Origin: Chiloscyllium plagiosum
Taxonomy: Eukaryota
Reading direction: 5' to 3'
Assembly: GCF_004010195.1 (NCBI RefSeq)
Contig: NC_057718.1
Coordinates: 95,366,852 to 95,430,851 of the forward strand
Length of the DNA: 64,000 nucleotides
Position numbers and translations under genes: made by a program. Positions 1 through 12,449 of the stretch are shown here, piece by piece. Below the pieces are notes generated by a model. That model was not told the DNA's origin. It searched no databases and saw only the letters and a program-made list of their open reading frames with translations. Numbering within the stretch: position 1 is the stretch's first letter; the number at the start of each line of letters is the position of its first letter.

Positions 1-1107
1 AGATCTCATGGAATACAGGGAGAACTAGCCATTTGGGTACAGAACTGGCTCAAAGGTAGAAGACAGAGGGTGGTGGTGGAGTGTTGTTTTTCAGACTGGA
101 GGCTTGTGACCAGTGGAGTGCCACAAAGATCAGAGCTGGGTCCACTATTTTTCATCATTTATATAAATGATTTGGATGTGAGCAGAAGAGATACAGTTAG
201 TAAGTTTGCAGATGACACCAAAATTGGAGGAGTAGTGGACAGCGAAGAGGGTTACCTCAGATTATGACGGGATCTTGATCAGATGGGCCAATGGGCTGAG
301 GAGTGGCAAATGGAGTTTAATTTAGATAAATATGAGGTGCTGCATTTTGGGAAAGCAAATCTTAGCAGGATTTATACACTTAATGGTAAGGTGCTAGGGA
401 GTGTTGCTGAACAAAGAGATCTTGGAGTGCAGGTTCATAGCTACTTGAAAGTGGAGTCGCAGGTAGATAGGATAGTGAAGAGGGCATTTGGTATGTTTTC
501 CTTTATTGGTCAGCGACCTGAGTCCAGGAGTTGGGAGGTCATGTTGTAGCTGTACAGGACATTAGTTAGGCCACTTTTGGAATATTGCATGCAATTCTAG
601 TCTCCTTCCTATCAGAAGGATGTTGTGAAACTTGAACGGGTTCAGAAAAGATTTACTGGCATGTTGCCAGGGTTGGAGGGTTTGAGCTATAGGGAGAAGT
701 TGAATAGCCTGGGGCTGTTTTCCCTGGAATGTCGGATGCTGAGGGGCGACCTTATAGAGGTTTATAAAATCATGCTGAGGGGCATAGATAGGATAAATAG
801 ACAAAGTCTTTTTCCCTGGGGTGGGGGAAGTCCAGAACTAGAGGGCATAGGTTTAGGGTGAGAGGGGAAAGATATAAAGAGACCTAAAGGGGCAACTTTT
901 TCATGGAGAGGGTAGTGCATGTATGGAATGAGCTGCCAGAGGAAGTCGTGGAGGCTAGTACAGTTGCAACATTTAAAGGCATCTGGATGGGTATATGAAT
1001 ATGAAGGGTTTGGAGGAATATGAGCCAGATGGTGGCAAGTGGGACTAGATTGGGTTGGGATATCTGGTCGGCATGGATGAGTTTGACCGAAGGATCTGTT
1101 TCCATGC
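1..1107 (+). mobile_element. CR1-clade (HER1-like) LINE, 3' part of ORF2 reverse transcriptase plus 3' tail; disrupted, runs off window start
   Basis: ORFs 70-267, 283-549 and 625-861 contain CR1 RT motifs GVPQ(G)S.LGP, YINDL, KFADDTK, WQMEFN, LERVQKRF; in-frame stops; tail ...gaaggatctgtttccatgctgtacacctctatgactat. Confidence 0.92.
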
Positions 1108-2619
1108 TGTACACCTCTATGACTATAAAATGCGTCTCACTAAGACATTTGATGAAATAGTACAGAGAAAATGTGCAGAATTTCTGAAGTAAGAGCTATA
1201 AATACAGCATTAGACAATCAGTAATATACCTAATAGACGTTCAGGAGAAAATCCCCCTTTGTAGAAAATGATTAAAATGTGAAACCTGTTACCCTATAAG
1301 TTGGTCAAACATAAAAGAAGTAAGTTGAAAGGTATATATAGAAACAAAGAATAGATGGAGACATTGAGGGGGTTAAAGTAGAGTGAGGGTAAACAGTGTG
1401 GATTGTAGTATTAAACTATTAAATTGAATGACCAGTTTCTGTGCTGTAAATTTTACATGTTTCCAATTAAAATAGTAGTGCAGTCCCTTGAATCTCAAAA
1501 CAGAGCCGAACAGGGATATTGAACTCATTGTTGCGCTGCAAATCTGACTGATTCTCAAGAAGAATACTGCTGATGAATGAAGAACGAGATTGTATGTAAG
1601 ATTCATGGAAATTAATTCTGCATCAGTGTGATTTTCTAAGGTACCAGCTAATTAAAAACCTTTCCAGTCGGCTTTTACCTGAACAGCAAGGCTGGGGGCA
1701 GGGTCTTAAAGGTTTGCCAATTGGTTCATTATTATTAAACTTAGAAACAGAAATTTTAAGCTCAGAGTTTTGGCTTGGCCAATCACAAGTAGGAAATGTA
1801 ATTTTATGTCCTCCAGTTTAATGATATAAGTGTAAAGTTCTTTGTGATCTCTACAAATCCCTCACCATAAGCAATAATCTGCACAGAATCCTTTTGCAAT
1901 GTTCATCCACTGCTGACCTCAAATTCCATGCCAAATTTTTTTTCATAAGTTGGAGATTGGGACAGTAAAACAAAAAGATGGCACTAACAGAAGATATAAT
2001 GGAGCACTAAAAGAAGACATACTGGATTGTAATCAAACCCAACTAGCTCATTCTTGTCTCTTATTGTTTCATCTGAGATGGGAAGACTCCACTAGCTCTC
2101 TAGTCCCACTACTCCATGATTGCAACATAAAATAAAAAATATTATTCCCAATCCAGTTGGATCCAATTGGATGATTTTTCTGTATTAGACCTATAATGAA
2201 TAGATCCATCAACTAGTTTTCTTTAATAAACATAAAATTATTGATTAATTGTAGAACAAAACCCATTCAATAGACTTGCAGAATAGGCTAACAGACATAA
2301 CCTGTAGCTTGAAAATATAAATGTTTACCCCTCTCAGTAATGCAAACACACTCACAAACATTCTTCAGAGGAAAGGAAAGAGAAAACTCATATATCTCTG
2401 TAGTTATTCACTTTGTAAAGAAAAACACTTTCTGGTCACTGCCAGTCTTCTAAAAGGCAAGGAGGGTAAGGCCCAGTATATTGCAAAGTCTGCAGATCTG
2501 GTGTTCTTGCATGTGTGGTCATGTTACTGATCATGTGCTGTTGTCAGACACAGTTTATTCAGGAAATACAACCATTAAAAGTTCTTTCAGTCACTTTTCT
2601 AGAAAGAAAATGCATTTCA

Positions 2620-3158
2620 CACTTTGGACTACTATGTACAGTTCTGTCACCCTGTTATAGGAAGATATTATTAAATTTAAAAGGATACGGAATAGACTTA
2701 TAATGATGGTACCAGGACTGAAGACTTTGGGTTATAAGGAGAGGCTGGATAGGTTGGGACTTCTTTCGCTAGAGCATAGGAAGTTGGGGGATGACCTGAT
2801 GGAAGCTTTTTAAAATCATGAAGGGCGCAGATGAGGTAACTAGCAAAGATCTTTTCCTTAGGGTAGAGAAGTTCAAAATGAGAGGGCATAATTTTAAGGT
2901 GGGAGGAGAAAGATTTAAGAGGACCTGAGGGGTATCTTTTTCACAGAGTGTGATTTGCATGTGGAATGAGCTGCCAGAGAAAGTGAGAGATGCAGGTAGA
3001 GTTAAAACATTTAAAGACATTTGGATAGGTATATGAATAGTAAATGTTAGAGGGATGTGGGCCAAGCGCAGGCAAATGGGACTAGTTTAACTTGGGAAAC
3101 TAGTCGGCATGGATGAGTTGGACTGAGGGATCTGTTTCCGTGCTGTATGGCTCTATGA
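2620..3158 (+). mobile_element. 5'-truncated CR1-clade LINE 3' end
   Basis: Same 3' block as 600-1107 (gtggaatgagctgccaga, catttaaagacatttggata, tctgtttccgtgctgtatggctctatga). Confidence 0.85.
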
Positions 3159-3615
3159 ATTCACCACAGACTCTTCAGAAACTGGAGACATGAGCTGAGC
3201 AGCTTGTTCTGAAGCAGGCTTTCCTAAACTGAAAATTCAAATACAAACTCTAAGCTTTAAAATACTGTTCAAACAGAACAACCATACAAACAACCAAGAA
3301 CAGCAATCATCTAGTATCTTGTGGTCTCTAAGAAAAGTTTTTTTTTTGCAAGGAATTTCCATCATACCTTTACATTGACCTTTTAAAAAGTCAATCCAGG
3401 CATTTTGACAAAACTGTATTGAAGCGTTTTCATTAAGCTCTCTAGTCCGGCTTATATGTGCAATTCCATCAAAGTGGGACGCACCTTAACTGCCTTCTGA
3501 AGTGGTTCATCAAGCCACTGCATTGTACCAAATATGTACCCAATCGTTCAATAATCAAGTTCATCACCACATTCTCAAGATAATTCAGAATGGGCAGTAA
3601 ACATCCACAAGTTGT

Positions 3616-3930
3616 GGCGGCACGGTGGCGCAGTGGTTAGCACTGCTGCCTCACAGCGCCAGAGACCTGGGTTCAATTCCCGACTCAGGCGACTGACTGT
3701 GTGGAGTTTGCACATTCTCCCCGTGTCTGCGTGGGTTTCCTCCGGGTGCTCCGGTTTCCTCCCACAGTCCAAAGATATGCAGGTCAGGTGAATTGGCCAT
3801 GCTAAATTGCCCGTAGTGTTAGGTAAAAGGGGTAAATGTAGGGGAATGGGTGGGTTGCGCTTCGGCGGGTCGGTGGGGACTTGTTGGGCCGAAGGGCCTG
3901 TTTCCACACTGTAAGTAATCTAATCTAAAA
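3616..3930 (+). mobile_element. tRNA-derived V-SINE (HE1-like shark SINE), near full length
   Basis: Pol III A box (tggcgcagtgg) and B box (ggttcaattcc), V-SINE core (gtgtggagtttgcacattctccccgtgtctgcgtgggtttcctccggg), CR1-like 3' tail (gaagggcctgtttccacactgta) and taatc repeats. Confidence 0.88.
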
Positions 3931-4929
3931 TTGAGGAGGAATATAAAAGAAGCTTTACTGAGCTCTTTGGTAATTTGGTAGAGCTTTCGATGGGACTGTG
4001 GGGAAGGAGAAATTTGTTGCGAGTAAGTTTAATGAGAGGCTGTAAGACTGTGTGTGTTGTAATTAGTTTCTTTAAGCACTTGGGATATTGTGATTTATTA
4101 CTCTCATTATCCCCAAAATTAAATTAATGCCAAAAGCATAAAAATTAACGCTGTCCTTTTGTAAATCAAGCACGATCTGAGCATCAAAGGTAATGTAAAT
4201 CTTGATGGCATTTACAGAATCAAGCCTTATAATTTTCACCCACTCACAATCAGCACTTTGTAACTACACAATGATTTTGAAAGTGTTCTGCTGCATGTCT
4301 TCATTAATTTGCCTCCAATGGATAATGAAAGAAACCATTGCTGCCTTTTGTGGCAACCAGATGGATGGACACACAGTAGCTATAGCAACCTGATTCTCTG
4401 TACTCTGATTGGACACTTTGGGGAGTCAATACTTTGGGGTCTGATATCTATCTTAATGATGATTATATTTTATTATGGTTGAGACAACCTAGGAACTAAT
4501 TCGATTTGCTGACAATATGAAGCAGTAGTTTAAATTGTTTATAATCTAAATTGAGGAAAATTATGTCTTTGATCAAATTATACTGCACCGTTATACTAAA
4601 ATGAACTTTGATGGGTTGATTAATAGGAACTGAATAAACAACTTTCCATCTTCAGAGAATATCTTTATTGTACCCAGTGCAGAAGAAATTATTAAATTCA
4701 GTCATGTATAAGTTCGCTGAAGTCAGTTAAATATTCTCTCAGTAGATCACTGGAAGCTTTTGGTTTTAGTTTTAATTGTTGTTCATGGGCATAGTAGGTT
4801 AAATGAACACCTCAGAAGGACAGATCCTGTTGAATAGAAGTGAATGAAAGGTAGAAAATTGCAGAAATGTACATGAGGCTTGCCCAGCATCTGGGCAAAG
4901 ATAAAACAGTCAATGTTTTATCTGTGATT

Positions 4930-5125
4930 TGGAGATGCCAGTGTTGGACTGGGGTGTACAAAGTTAAAAATCACACAACACTAGGTTATAGTCCAACAGG
5001 TTTAATTGGAAGCACTAGCTTTCGGAGCACTGCTCCTGCACAACCACCTGATGAAGGAGCAGTGCTCCGAAAGCTAGTGCTTCCAAATAACCTGTTGCGC
5101 TATAACCTGTGTGATTTTTAATATT
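4930..5125. mobile_element. Palindromic PLE-derived non-autonomous element (family B) with minimal hammerhead motif
   Basis: Arms aaaaatcacac...ggttatagtccaacaggtt..ggaagcactagctttcggagcactgctcc and ggagcagtgctccgaaagctagtgcttcc..aacctgttgcgctataacc..gtgtgattttt are reverse complements; second copy at 29985-30335. Confidence 0.75.
5045..5079 (+). ncRNA. Candidate minimal (PLE-type) hammerhead ribozyme, intact core
   Basis: CAC-CUGAUGA-A-GGAGC(AGU)GCUCC-GAAAGCUA-GUG: all core nucleotides present, 5-bp stem II, palindromic AGCU in place of stem III, 3-bp stem I; predicted cleavage after 5076. Confidence 0.6.
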
Positions 5126-7562
5126 TGATTTGTGTGCCTTGATCAATACTGATCAGTTCTGGTCATTCCTGAAGTATTCATTTTTCTGAAAGTTTTATTT
5201 TTGAAAACATGAAATGATATGACCATGAGACCAACCCATATCCTGTAATATATATGTTATATACAAATTCAACTTTACCTTGCATTTCTCATACATCTCC
5301 AACTATTACAGCACACAGCATCTTTGCACATTACTGTTTGCATCTACTGGCACAACAAACTCGGTGTCTGCTTCAAGACTAAGATAAGGCTTAGCTAATA
5401 AGATTCTATAATAGATTTTCATCCAGCAGACCACTGCTGAAAAATATCTGTGCTACCTTTGTGTGGGGAGATTCCACTCAGAGGCTGGTGTTGTGGAAGA
5501 GGGGTGTAAAAGAAGAATTTGAGGTAAACATTATTATTGACTATTCAATATTAGCACAGAGCAATGAAAAGAGGGCTGCTGCTACTGAGTTCCAAGCATA
5601 CCCTTGGTTGACGTCATTTGTTTGTCAAGGGAGATCATGGAGGAAACAAATGGGCTGATTTTGAAAAGTAAAAGCAATTCCTAAAACAAGTGGATCAATG
5701 TAATGTAAATATTATATACGTAGTTCTAAAGAAAGGTCACTGGACTCGAAATGTTGACTCTGTTTCTCTCCACAATCTGATACGGACTGAATTCTTGCCT
5801 TCTGGTATAAAGGTAAGGAGCTTTCACTGGCTTTTGGCCTACATTTGACTTGTTCTCATCTGAGCAGTGTCCTCAACTTCTTTCCAACACCCTCCATTGA
5901 GAGAAATTTTGGGATTCAATGGACACTTTGGGGCGGAAAAAAATTATCTTTTTGTTTTGAGAGAGTGAAGTTTCCTAATTTTTAAGTTCCAAGAAATTGG
6001 AGGAAAAAGAAATCCAGGAAGTGTATTGATCATGATCATCCATGATCCTATTGAATGGCAGAGCAGGCTCAAGGGGCCAAATGGCCTACCGTTGCTCCTA
6101 TTTTCTATGGCCAGACCTGCTGAGTTTCTTCATCAAGTTTTTTTTTAAGATTTCCAACATCCACAGTTCTTTGTTATATTTTAAAAGTCCTAACTCTGTC
6201 CTCTGTACCTCAAGCCCTCTGTCCTTGCAAACTAGGGCCACCTCGCTAACCTTCCTTTGTTCTCCGATATCATTCAAAGTGTCATCACCTTAAAAGTCTA
6301 TACTGATCTTTGCTGAAGCTCTATATTTGAGTTCTGCTCATCAGGTTTCCACTCTGTCATTGTATCAGAATGACTATAACACCAAAGTCACATTGACATT
6401 TTCTGTGTCTGTATCTAGGAAGCATAATCCAACCTTGTTCTCTTTAACCTCTCTACAGCCTTTAACATTATTGATCATACCATTACTTCTAATACAATGT
6501 GCCATTTACATTCTGCTTCCTGTTATCCAATCATAGACAGTGCATTTCCAGCAATATTATCTCTGACTGACCCTGCAATGATATCTTCAGAGACCGACAG
6601 ATCCATTTGTGGTCCTCCCCAATTATTTACATTTCTCCACGCAAACATTATCTGTAAGTATGAGCTCAGCTTCCATGTGTGCTTTGATGGCACCTCTCTT
6701 GAAACCTTGCACAACACTTCTGCTGCTGTACTATCATCAAATGTCACCACTTTACCATAGGCAAAGTCTTTACTGTTGACTGCTAATGTTACCTCTGGAT
6801 CGTTCTTATTTTCCTTTCATCAGCCACTGCCTCAGATTGAATGAGACTGGTTGCAATAGGATGAACATCCAACCCCATATCCACTCAATCACGAAGGTGA
6901 TATAGGTCAGGTCTGGCCACTAATTGCTGAGGGAAGATTCTGATCTGAGACATTATGTGTTCCAAGCAAGCAAGCATTTTTGACCAAGGTTACAATTTTG
7001 AGGTACAAGTGAAAACACCATGTAACACTGCCACACTGTCCATTCATGTCACTGTTGAGACGACTGGTCTTTAAAGTGTAATGATTTTATTGGGAAACTT
7101 CCACCGATAATGATGTCTCATTGTTGCAAAAGCTCCAACTGCAGAAATTCTAATGAACCACCAAAAATGACCAACTTGCCTGTCTGGATACTATTTAGAA
7201 CAAAATTAATTCATGTCAGATTTCTTCAAAAACAGGAACAAATAACTATTTATTGTAACACACACACTTTAACAAGAATAAAGGAAAGAAAGGATTTCAC
7301 TCACTCACTCACTCACTCATAATTAAGTCAGACCTATGTATTAAAAAGAAAATAGATAGGTTAATCAACATTCTGAAGATATAAAGTCCAGACCACAAGG
7401 TGAAATGATATTTTTCTCACAGTCCTTTTGATTTTTACAATGATACATTGTCTGACAGATGATGGTTATCATTTGATTTGATGGTTGATTCACGAATGTA
7501 GGCCTTTTCTTATATGAAAACTTCTTTTAAGTTTGCTTGTTTTATTTTCTGCTTTTCCCCTC

Positions 7563-7587
7563 AGAGACAGAGAGAGAGAGAGAGAGA
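7563..7587. repeat. (AG)n microsatellite
   Basis: agagacagagagagagagagagaga. Confidence 0.9.
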
Positions 7588-10242
7588 TGCTTTCTGTTCT
7601 CTAGTATCTAAATGTTTCTTAAGAAAATGTTTTTTTGAATACATCGCTGTCAGAGGGATGTTTGTTGAATTTTCTTAAATTGAAAGAGTTTGAGTATCAC
7701 TCATTCTTGAAACCACCCTCTTACTGCTTCTTTCAAAAAGTAACATTGTATTCATAACTCAACAAATGCAACGTTTGACTTTCAAGTTGCAAATGCTTCA
7801 GTGTTATTCAGTTATATTAGTCTAACTTGCATTTCAGTTTGGCCTGCCAGAAAAAAAATTAAAATATGTAGTTTCGTGCAAAAGGAGACTGAAAGCAAGT
7901 AAGAGGACTAAATAGATTTTTTTCAGATTGGTCAGATGTGGTGTTCCAGGGATTAGTAGTTTGGATTTTTTGATTTCCTTGTATATAAAAATGTAAGTAA
8001 AAATGCTCTAAGAATGATACCAAAAAATACTGAGAATGACAAATGTTGAGGAACAGTCCAGCAAATTGCAGACCTGTGTAATCTGCCAAGTGGACAGATG
8101 GATGGTAGAATCATTGCAATACAGAGAAATGTGAATGACTTTTACTGGTTAGTGAACTAATAATGAGATATCTGCACTTATGATAAATAGAAGAATAGCC
8201 CATGGTATTTTAAGAGGATTTTGTTTTACAAAGAGAGAAGCTGGATTTACTTGCTACTTGTGGTTATTCAAGCCAACACCATAATTGAATTTAAAATGAA
8301 ATGGAAGCATCTTTGAAAGGAAGAATATTAAATGATACAAGGCAAGGTGAGAGAAATTAGATCAGCATAGATTTCTCCAGCTAGTACTTACTAAATGCAA
8401 ACAGCTGAATGGTTTCCTTTTGTGCTATAATTTCTAAGTGAGTAATATTTCATCATTAGCATCTGATGCAGATTGCTTTATGCCAAGAACTCACATCAAG
8501 AATTCAGGCCCATACCCAAATTGTATGCCTATAATTTTCTATTCCAGAGGTTGTGAAGATGGATAGTTACTGATATCATTCTATAATTTTCTTGAGGGCT
8601 GGCCAAAACTTGTGTTTGCTTGTTTTCTTTTCTTTCCCATCCTCTTTTAGATTTTCCATGTTTCCAAGTGACTTCATGGTATTTAATATATTTTCAATTG
8701 TATGGCATTTTTAAGCCATTCAATCTGGATTTGGCAATGTTCCTCACGACTACATATTTTCAGAAATGATAAATCCTCAACCTGATTGTTAATTTATCAA
8801 AGATCCATTTATAGTTGACTTGGCTATTGAAATTCAGAAGTGTTCTTTCTCCTGAAACTCTCAACTTCTGTGTTTCCTTCACTCACATCTTACTGACCAG
8901 ACCATACTGGAAATATGTAATCAGTCCTTCTTTCTCTTCAGTACTGTAGAATAAGGCCTACTTAAATCTTAGCACAACTTGAGTAAATAATATTGCTGGA
9001 ACAGTTCCAGCATGGTCATAAATCTTGGTAACAGCTATGGCGCAGATAAGGATAGTTTGGTCATTACAATACTTCCCAATCCAGTGTTATGGCCTGGAAT
9101 AACATCATAGAGTCACACAGAGCAGAAGAGGCCCTTTGACCCATCCAAGTCTGCATCTCCACAACTACTCTAAATCTATATTGGTCCCACTTTCCAGCAC
9201 TTGGTCCATGTCCTTGAATGTTGTTCACATTGCAAATGCTTATCCAAGTAATTTTTAATAGGATACTTCTGAATAGTCTTTAATCATTGTTTTACAATTC
9301 TACAGTCCATTTGTTTAATCACTAGAATTAATTTTCATTGTCTAGAATTGATTTTCATTTTAAATATTTTAAGGTAGAGCTAGATAGATTACAAAGGGGA
9401 TGCAAGATTATGGGGAATATGCAAGAATGTAGAGTTGATATGTTACAGTTGATAATCAGATCACACATGATCTTAACGAATGGCAGGGCAGGCTCGAAGG
9501 GCCGAGTGGCCTACTCTTGTTCCTTGTTGTATATTCCTATGTTTGACTGTACTGTATGTAAGAATATGAGTAATGAGATATCAGCTAGAATACTCGGTAT
9601 TCCAAATCATCATTAAAATACATCTACAGATAATGAATGTCTCTTTCATTCCTTCTCAACTTATTTACATATGATGACTGTGAAAACACAATGATAACGA
9701 GCATTTGAGCAAATCCCCCTTCATTTTAAATCATTGTGAATTAGCGTTTAATTCAATCCATTGTTGATGCTAGAATTTCAAGCATTTATGAAAAATTAAC
9801 GGGATGACCCATTAAGTTCCACCGCAATAATTCCGGGCTGTTACTAAACGAATAATTCCTGGAAGGATCTGAGTACTGGTGAATCTCGTGCCGTGGAGAA
9901 AATAAATATTGGGCGAAAATCGACAGATTAAAAAAAAAGCAGTGGCAGCCAAAATATTCCCCCAACTCATTTTCTTTAACCTCACTTTTGAGTTACTGCC
10001 CAATTAGAAGATTGCCAACGACTTGTTAACACAAAAGTGATTTGGGTTAGATAAATGAATAGATTTCAGATTATCAGGTTTGGTAGTTGGGAGTTTTTTT
10101 TAAAAAAGACAAGTTCCGCATTGGTGGATGTAGATGAAAGTTTAATGACAGAACATGAGTTCCAGCTGTTTCTTTTTCTAGAGTGTTGGGGTGCCTACTG
10201 GTAACGATAGGTATTTTTTGTGTAAGTCTGTCTCCGCCTTCT

Positions 10243-10262
10243 CTGACGAAGGGCGCTTTAAA
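10243..10262 (+). promoter_or_regulatory. Putative CHGB core promoter: CRE half-site/variant and TATA-like element
   Basis: TGACGAA at 10244-10250 and TTTAAA at 10257-10262, about 110-130 nt upstream of the ATG; granin promoters are characteristically CRE-driven. Confidence 0.45.
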
Positions 10263-10371
10263 TTGGGGCTGGTGAGGCTGGGCTCCATTCAGAGACCAAC
10301 AGAAAGAGCAAGAGAGCGAGAGAGCAAGCGGCCAGCGAAAAATCCGCAGTGTGTTCCTCTCCCACAGGAGT

Positions 10372-10420
10372 ATGCAGCTGCCGTCTCTCCTAACCTTGTC
10401 CGTTCTGTCTGCTGTGACAG
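10372..10420 (+). CDS. CHGB: Chromogranin B coding exon 1 (signal peptide MQLPSLLTLSVLSAVT)
   Basis: ATG at 10372, hydrophobic leader, donor AG|gtaaaa; 49 nt, phase 1. Confidence 0.9.
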
Positions 10421-10456
10421 GTAAAAAAAAAATCCCCTTCCTCCTCAGCCCCTATT

Positions 10457-10498
10457 CCAATAAAGGGAGCTGTCCATTTCAGCACTTTGGCCAGCGAC
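10457..10498 (+). promoter_or_regulatory. Candidate CArG box plus RE1/NRSE-like site in CHGB intron 1
   Basis: CCAATAAAGG (10457-10466) fits CC(A/T)6GG; TTCAGCACtttGGcCAGCGaC (10478-10498) resembles RE1 TTCAGCACCNNGGACAGCGCC; inverted right half-site GGAGCTGTCCA at 10466-10476. Confidence 0.5.
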
Positions 10499-10756
10499 CT
10501 GCACTTCAGACCCTGTCCCAGCCTCTCCAAGTGAGTGATAGCTGTAGGACCTTGCTCGGCATTTCTTTTGTGTGTCTTAACCTCATTACCTGGAAATCGA
10601 AGCCAAATCTGACATTTATTTACGATAGAGAAACGCGCGTTGGTAGCAGCGATTCGGAAAATCTGTCGTCTCCTTTCTTAAAGCCCAGTTGAGACTAAGA
10701 AACTGTAGGGATTCTATAGTTTGGTCTAGCAATCGGCCGACGCTGAAGCTCTGGTA

Positions 10757-10910
10757 CAACAACAGAAATTGCTGGAGAAACTCAACAGGTCTGGCAGCAT
10801 CTTTGGAGAGAAAGCAGAGTTAAGCTCTGAACTGGATTCGAAACGTTAACTCTGCTTTCTCTATACAAATACTCAACTTCACCTGCAGTCTCTGTGTTTT
10901 GTTTCTTTTG
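10757..10910. mobile_element. Degenerate palindromic PLE-derived element (family C)
   Basis: acagaaattgctggagaaactcaacaggtctggcagcatc...gcagagttaa / cgaaacgttaactctgctttctc; same family as 17805-18022. Confidence 0.65.
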
Positions 10911-11297
10911 CTGAGCTTAGGGGCAAAGATTGTCAAGGGTTCACGCAGAGCCACTGATGTTGTCCCTCTGTCATCTCCGAAGGTGGGAATGACACTGAAG
11001 AGGAAACTGAAGGGAAACGGCACGTCTCCTACAGCAGCTTTGTAACATGGCCAGAGGCACATCAGAACTGAGAAGACAGGTTTCCCGAGAGAGTGTGGGT
11101 GGTCTCTGATTCGAAAGAGCAAATTGGGGTTAGGGCAACTTTCACTTAACTGTAAATTAACCGTCAACAGCTTAAACTGGCACCCACTCGCTGGACTAAA
11201 AGTATGTTGAAGAGCAAAAAAAACTACACATTGTGCAGTTGTTTGATATTGTAATTTGTTTGTCTCCTCCCCCCGTCCTTGCCTTCATACTTAGCAG

Positions 11298-11344
11298 TAG
11301 CCAGATCACTGCCGGTGGAGAGAGGAACACAGAAGGATGAATTG
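11298..11344 (+). CDS. CHGB: Chromogranin B coding exon 2 (VARSLPVERGTQKDEL)
   Basis: Acceptor in tandem tag-cag-tag, donor TTG|gtaggt; 47 nt; S-L-P-V resembles the mature CgB N-terminus. Confidence 0.88.
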
Positions 11345-11461
11345 GTAGGTTTGCATGATCTTTTTTTCCACACATGCACGCAATTCTCCCTGTTCTGATT
11401 CAGAACAAGAGGAAGTTGAGGCCGATGAGTTTGTCTTGCTTTTTTCTGTTTGGACATTTAG

Positions 11462-11552
11462 GTGACACGCTGCATAATCGAAGCACTTTCCACGGCTCTT
11501 GCCAAAGCTAACGCCCCTCCGGTGAGCTCAGAGTGCAGGACAGTCCTCGACA
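11462..11552 (+). CDS. CHGB: Chromogranin B coding exon 3 (disulfide loop VTRCIIEALSTALAKANAPPVSSECRTVLD)
   Basis: Strong match to CgB [29 protein letters not shown]; tttag|GTG acceptor, A|gtaagt donor. Confidence 0.96.
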
Positions 11553-11802
11553 GTAAGTGCATTTCTTTTGTAATTTTGAAAACATCAGCGTTTCCCACTT
11601 CCCCAGTACCTCAAATAGCCGACTGGAGCAGGCTGCACAAGTAAATATATGTGACCTTACTATCGAGAATTGACACTAAAATATTGTACAATAACAGTGT
11701 TTTAGGAAGCTGAATATTTGTTACTGGAACTTTATAATCCACTAAATGGGGTTAGAGAACAACCCAGTCGGCTTGATATGATACGGTTCATTTCTAGTAA
11801 GG

Positions 11803-12030
11803 TCGAGAATGTGGTGCTGGAAAAGCACAGCAGGTCAGGCAGCATCTGAGGAGCAGGAGAATCGACGTTTCGGGCAAAAACCCTTAATCAGGAGTGAGCT
11901 CGTTTCTATGATGGGCTTATGCCCGAAACATCGATACTCTTGCTCATAGGACGCTGCCTGACCTGCTGTGCTTTTCCAGCACCACATTCTCGAATCTGAT
12001 CGACAGCATCTGCAGTCCTCACTTTCTCCT
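11803..12030. mobile_element. Palindromic PLE-derived element (family A) with mutated hammerhead motif
   Basis: Inverted arms gagaatgtggtgctggaaaagcacagcaggtcaggcagc / gctgcctgacctgctgtgcttttccagcaccacattctc; the minus strand reads CUGAUUA-A-GGGU(UUUU)GCCC-GAAACGUC. Confidence 0.8.
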
Positions 12031-12041
12031 CATTTCCAACA

Positions 12042-12449
12042 AGGGCTGTTTTCCCTGGAGCATCTGGGGCTGAAGGGTGACCTTATAGAAGTTTATAAAA
12101 TCTTGAGTGGCATAGATAGGGTGAATAGTCAAAATATTTTCCCCAGAGTAGGGGAGTCCACAAGTAGAGGGCATAGGTTTAAGGTGAGAGGGGAACATGT
12201 AAAAGGGACCTAAGGGGCAACTCTTTCTCACAGAGGATGATGTGTGTATGGAATGAGTTGTCAGAAGAAGTGGTGGGGACTGGTGCAATTATGGCATTTA
12301 AAAGGCATGTGGATGGGTATATGAACAGGAAGGGTTTAGAGGGATATGGATCAAATGCTGGCAAATGGGACTAGATTAGGATATCTGGTCAGCATGGAAC
12401 AGTTAGATCAAAGGGTCTGTTTCCATGCGGTACATCTCTCTGACTCTAT
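12042..12449 (+). mobile_element. 5'-truncated CR1-clade LINE 3' end
   Basis: GLFSLE..LKGDLIEVYKI..GIDRV motif and canonical 3' tail. Confidence 0.87.

Noticed and set aside
3616-3690. tRNA gene
   Set aside because: The A/B boxes continue into a V-SINE core and LINE tail, so this is a SINE head (same for 24571, 60468, 12950, 45700).
11803-12030. Palindromes as DNA-transposon MITEs or pre-miRNAs
   Set aside because: The same sequence forms the ends of Penelope ORF fragments, the arms are asymmetric and the TSDs of sister copies are 14-16 bp, favouring a PLE origin; there is no miRNA evidence.
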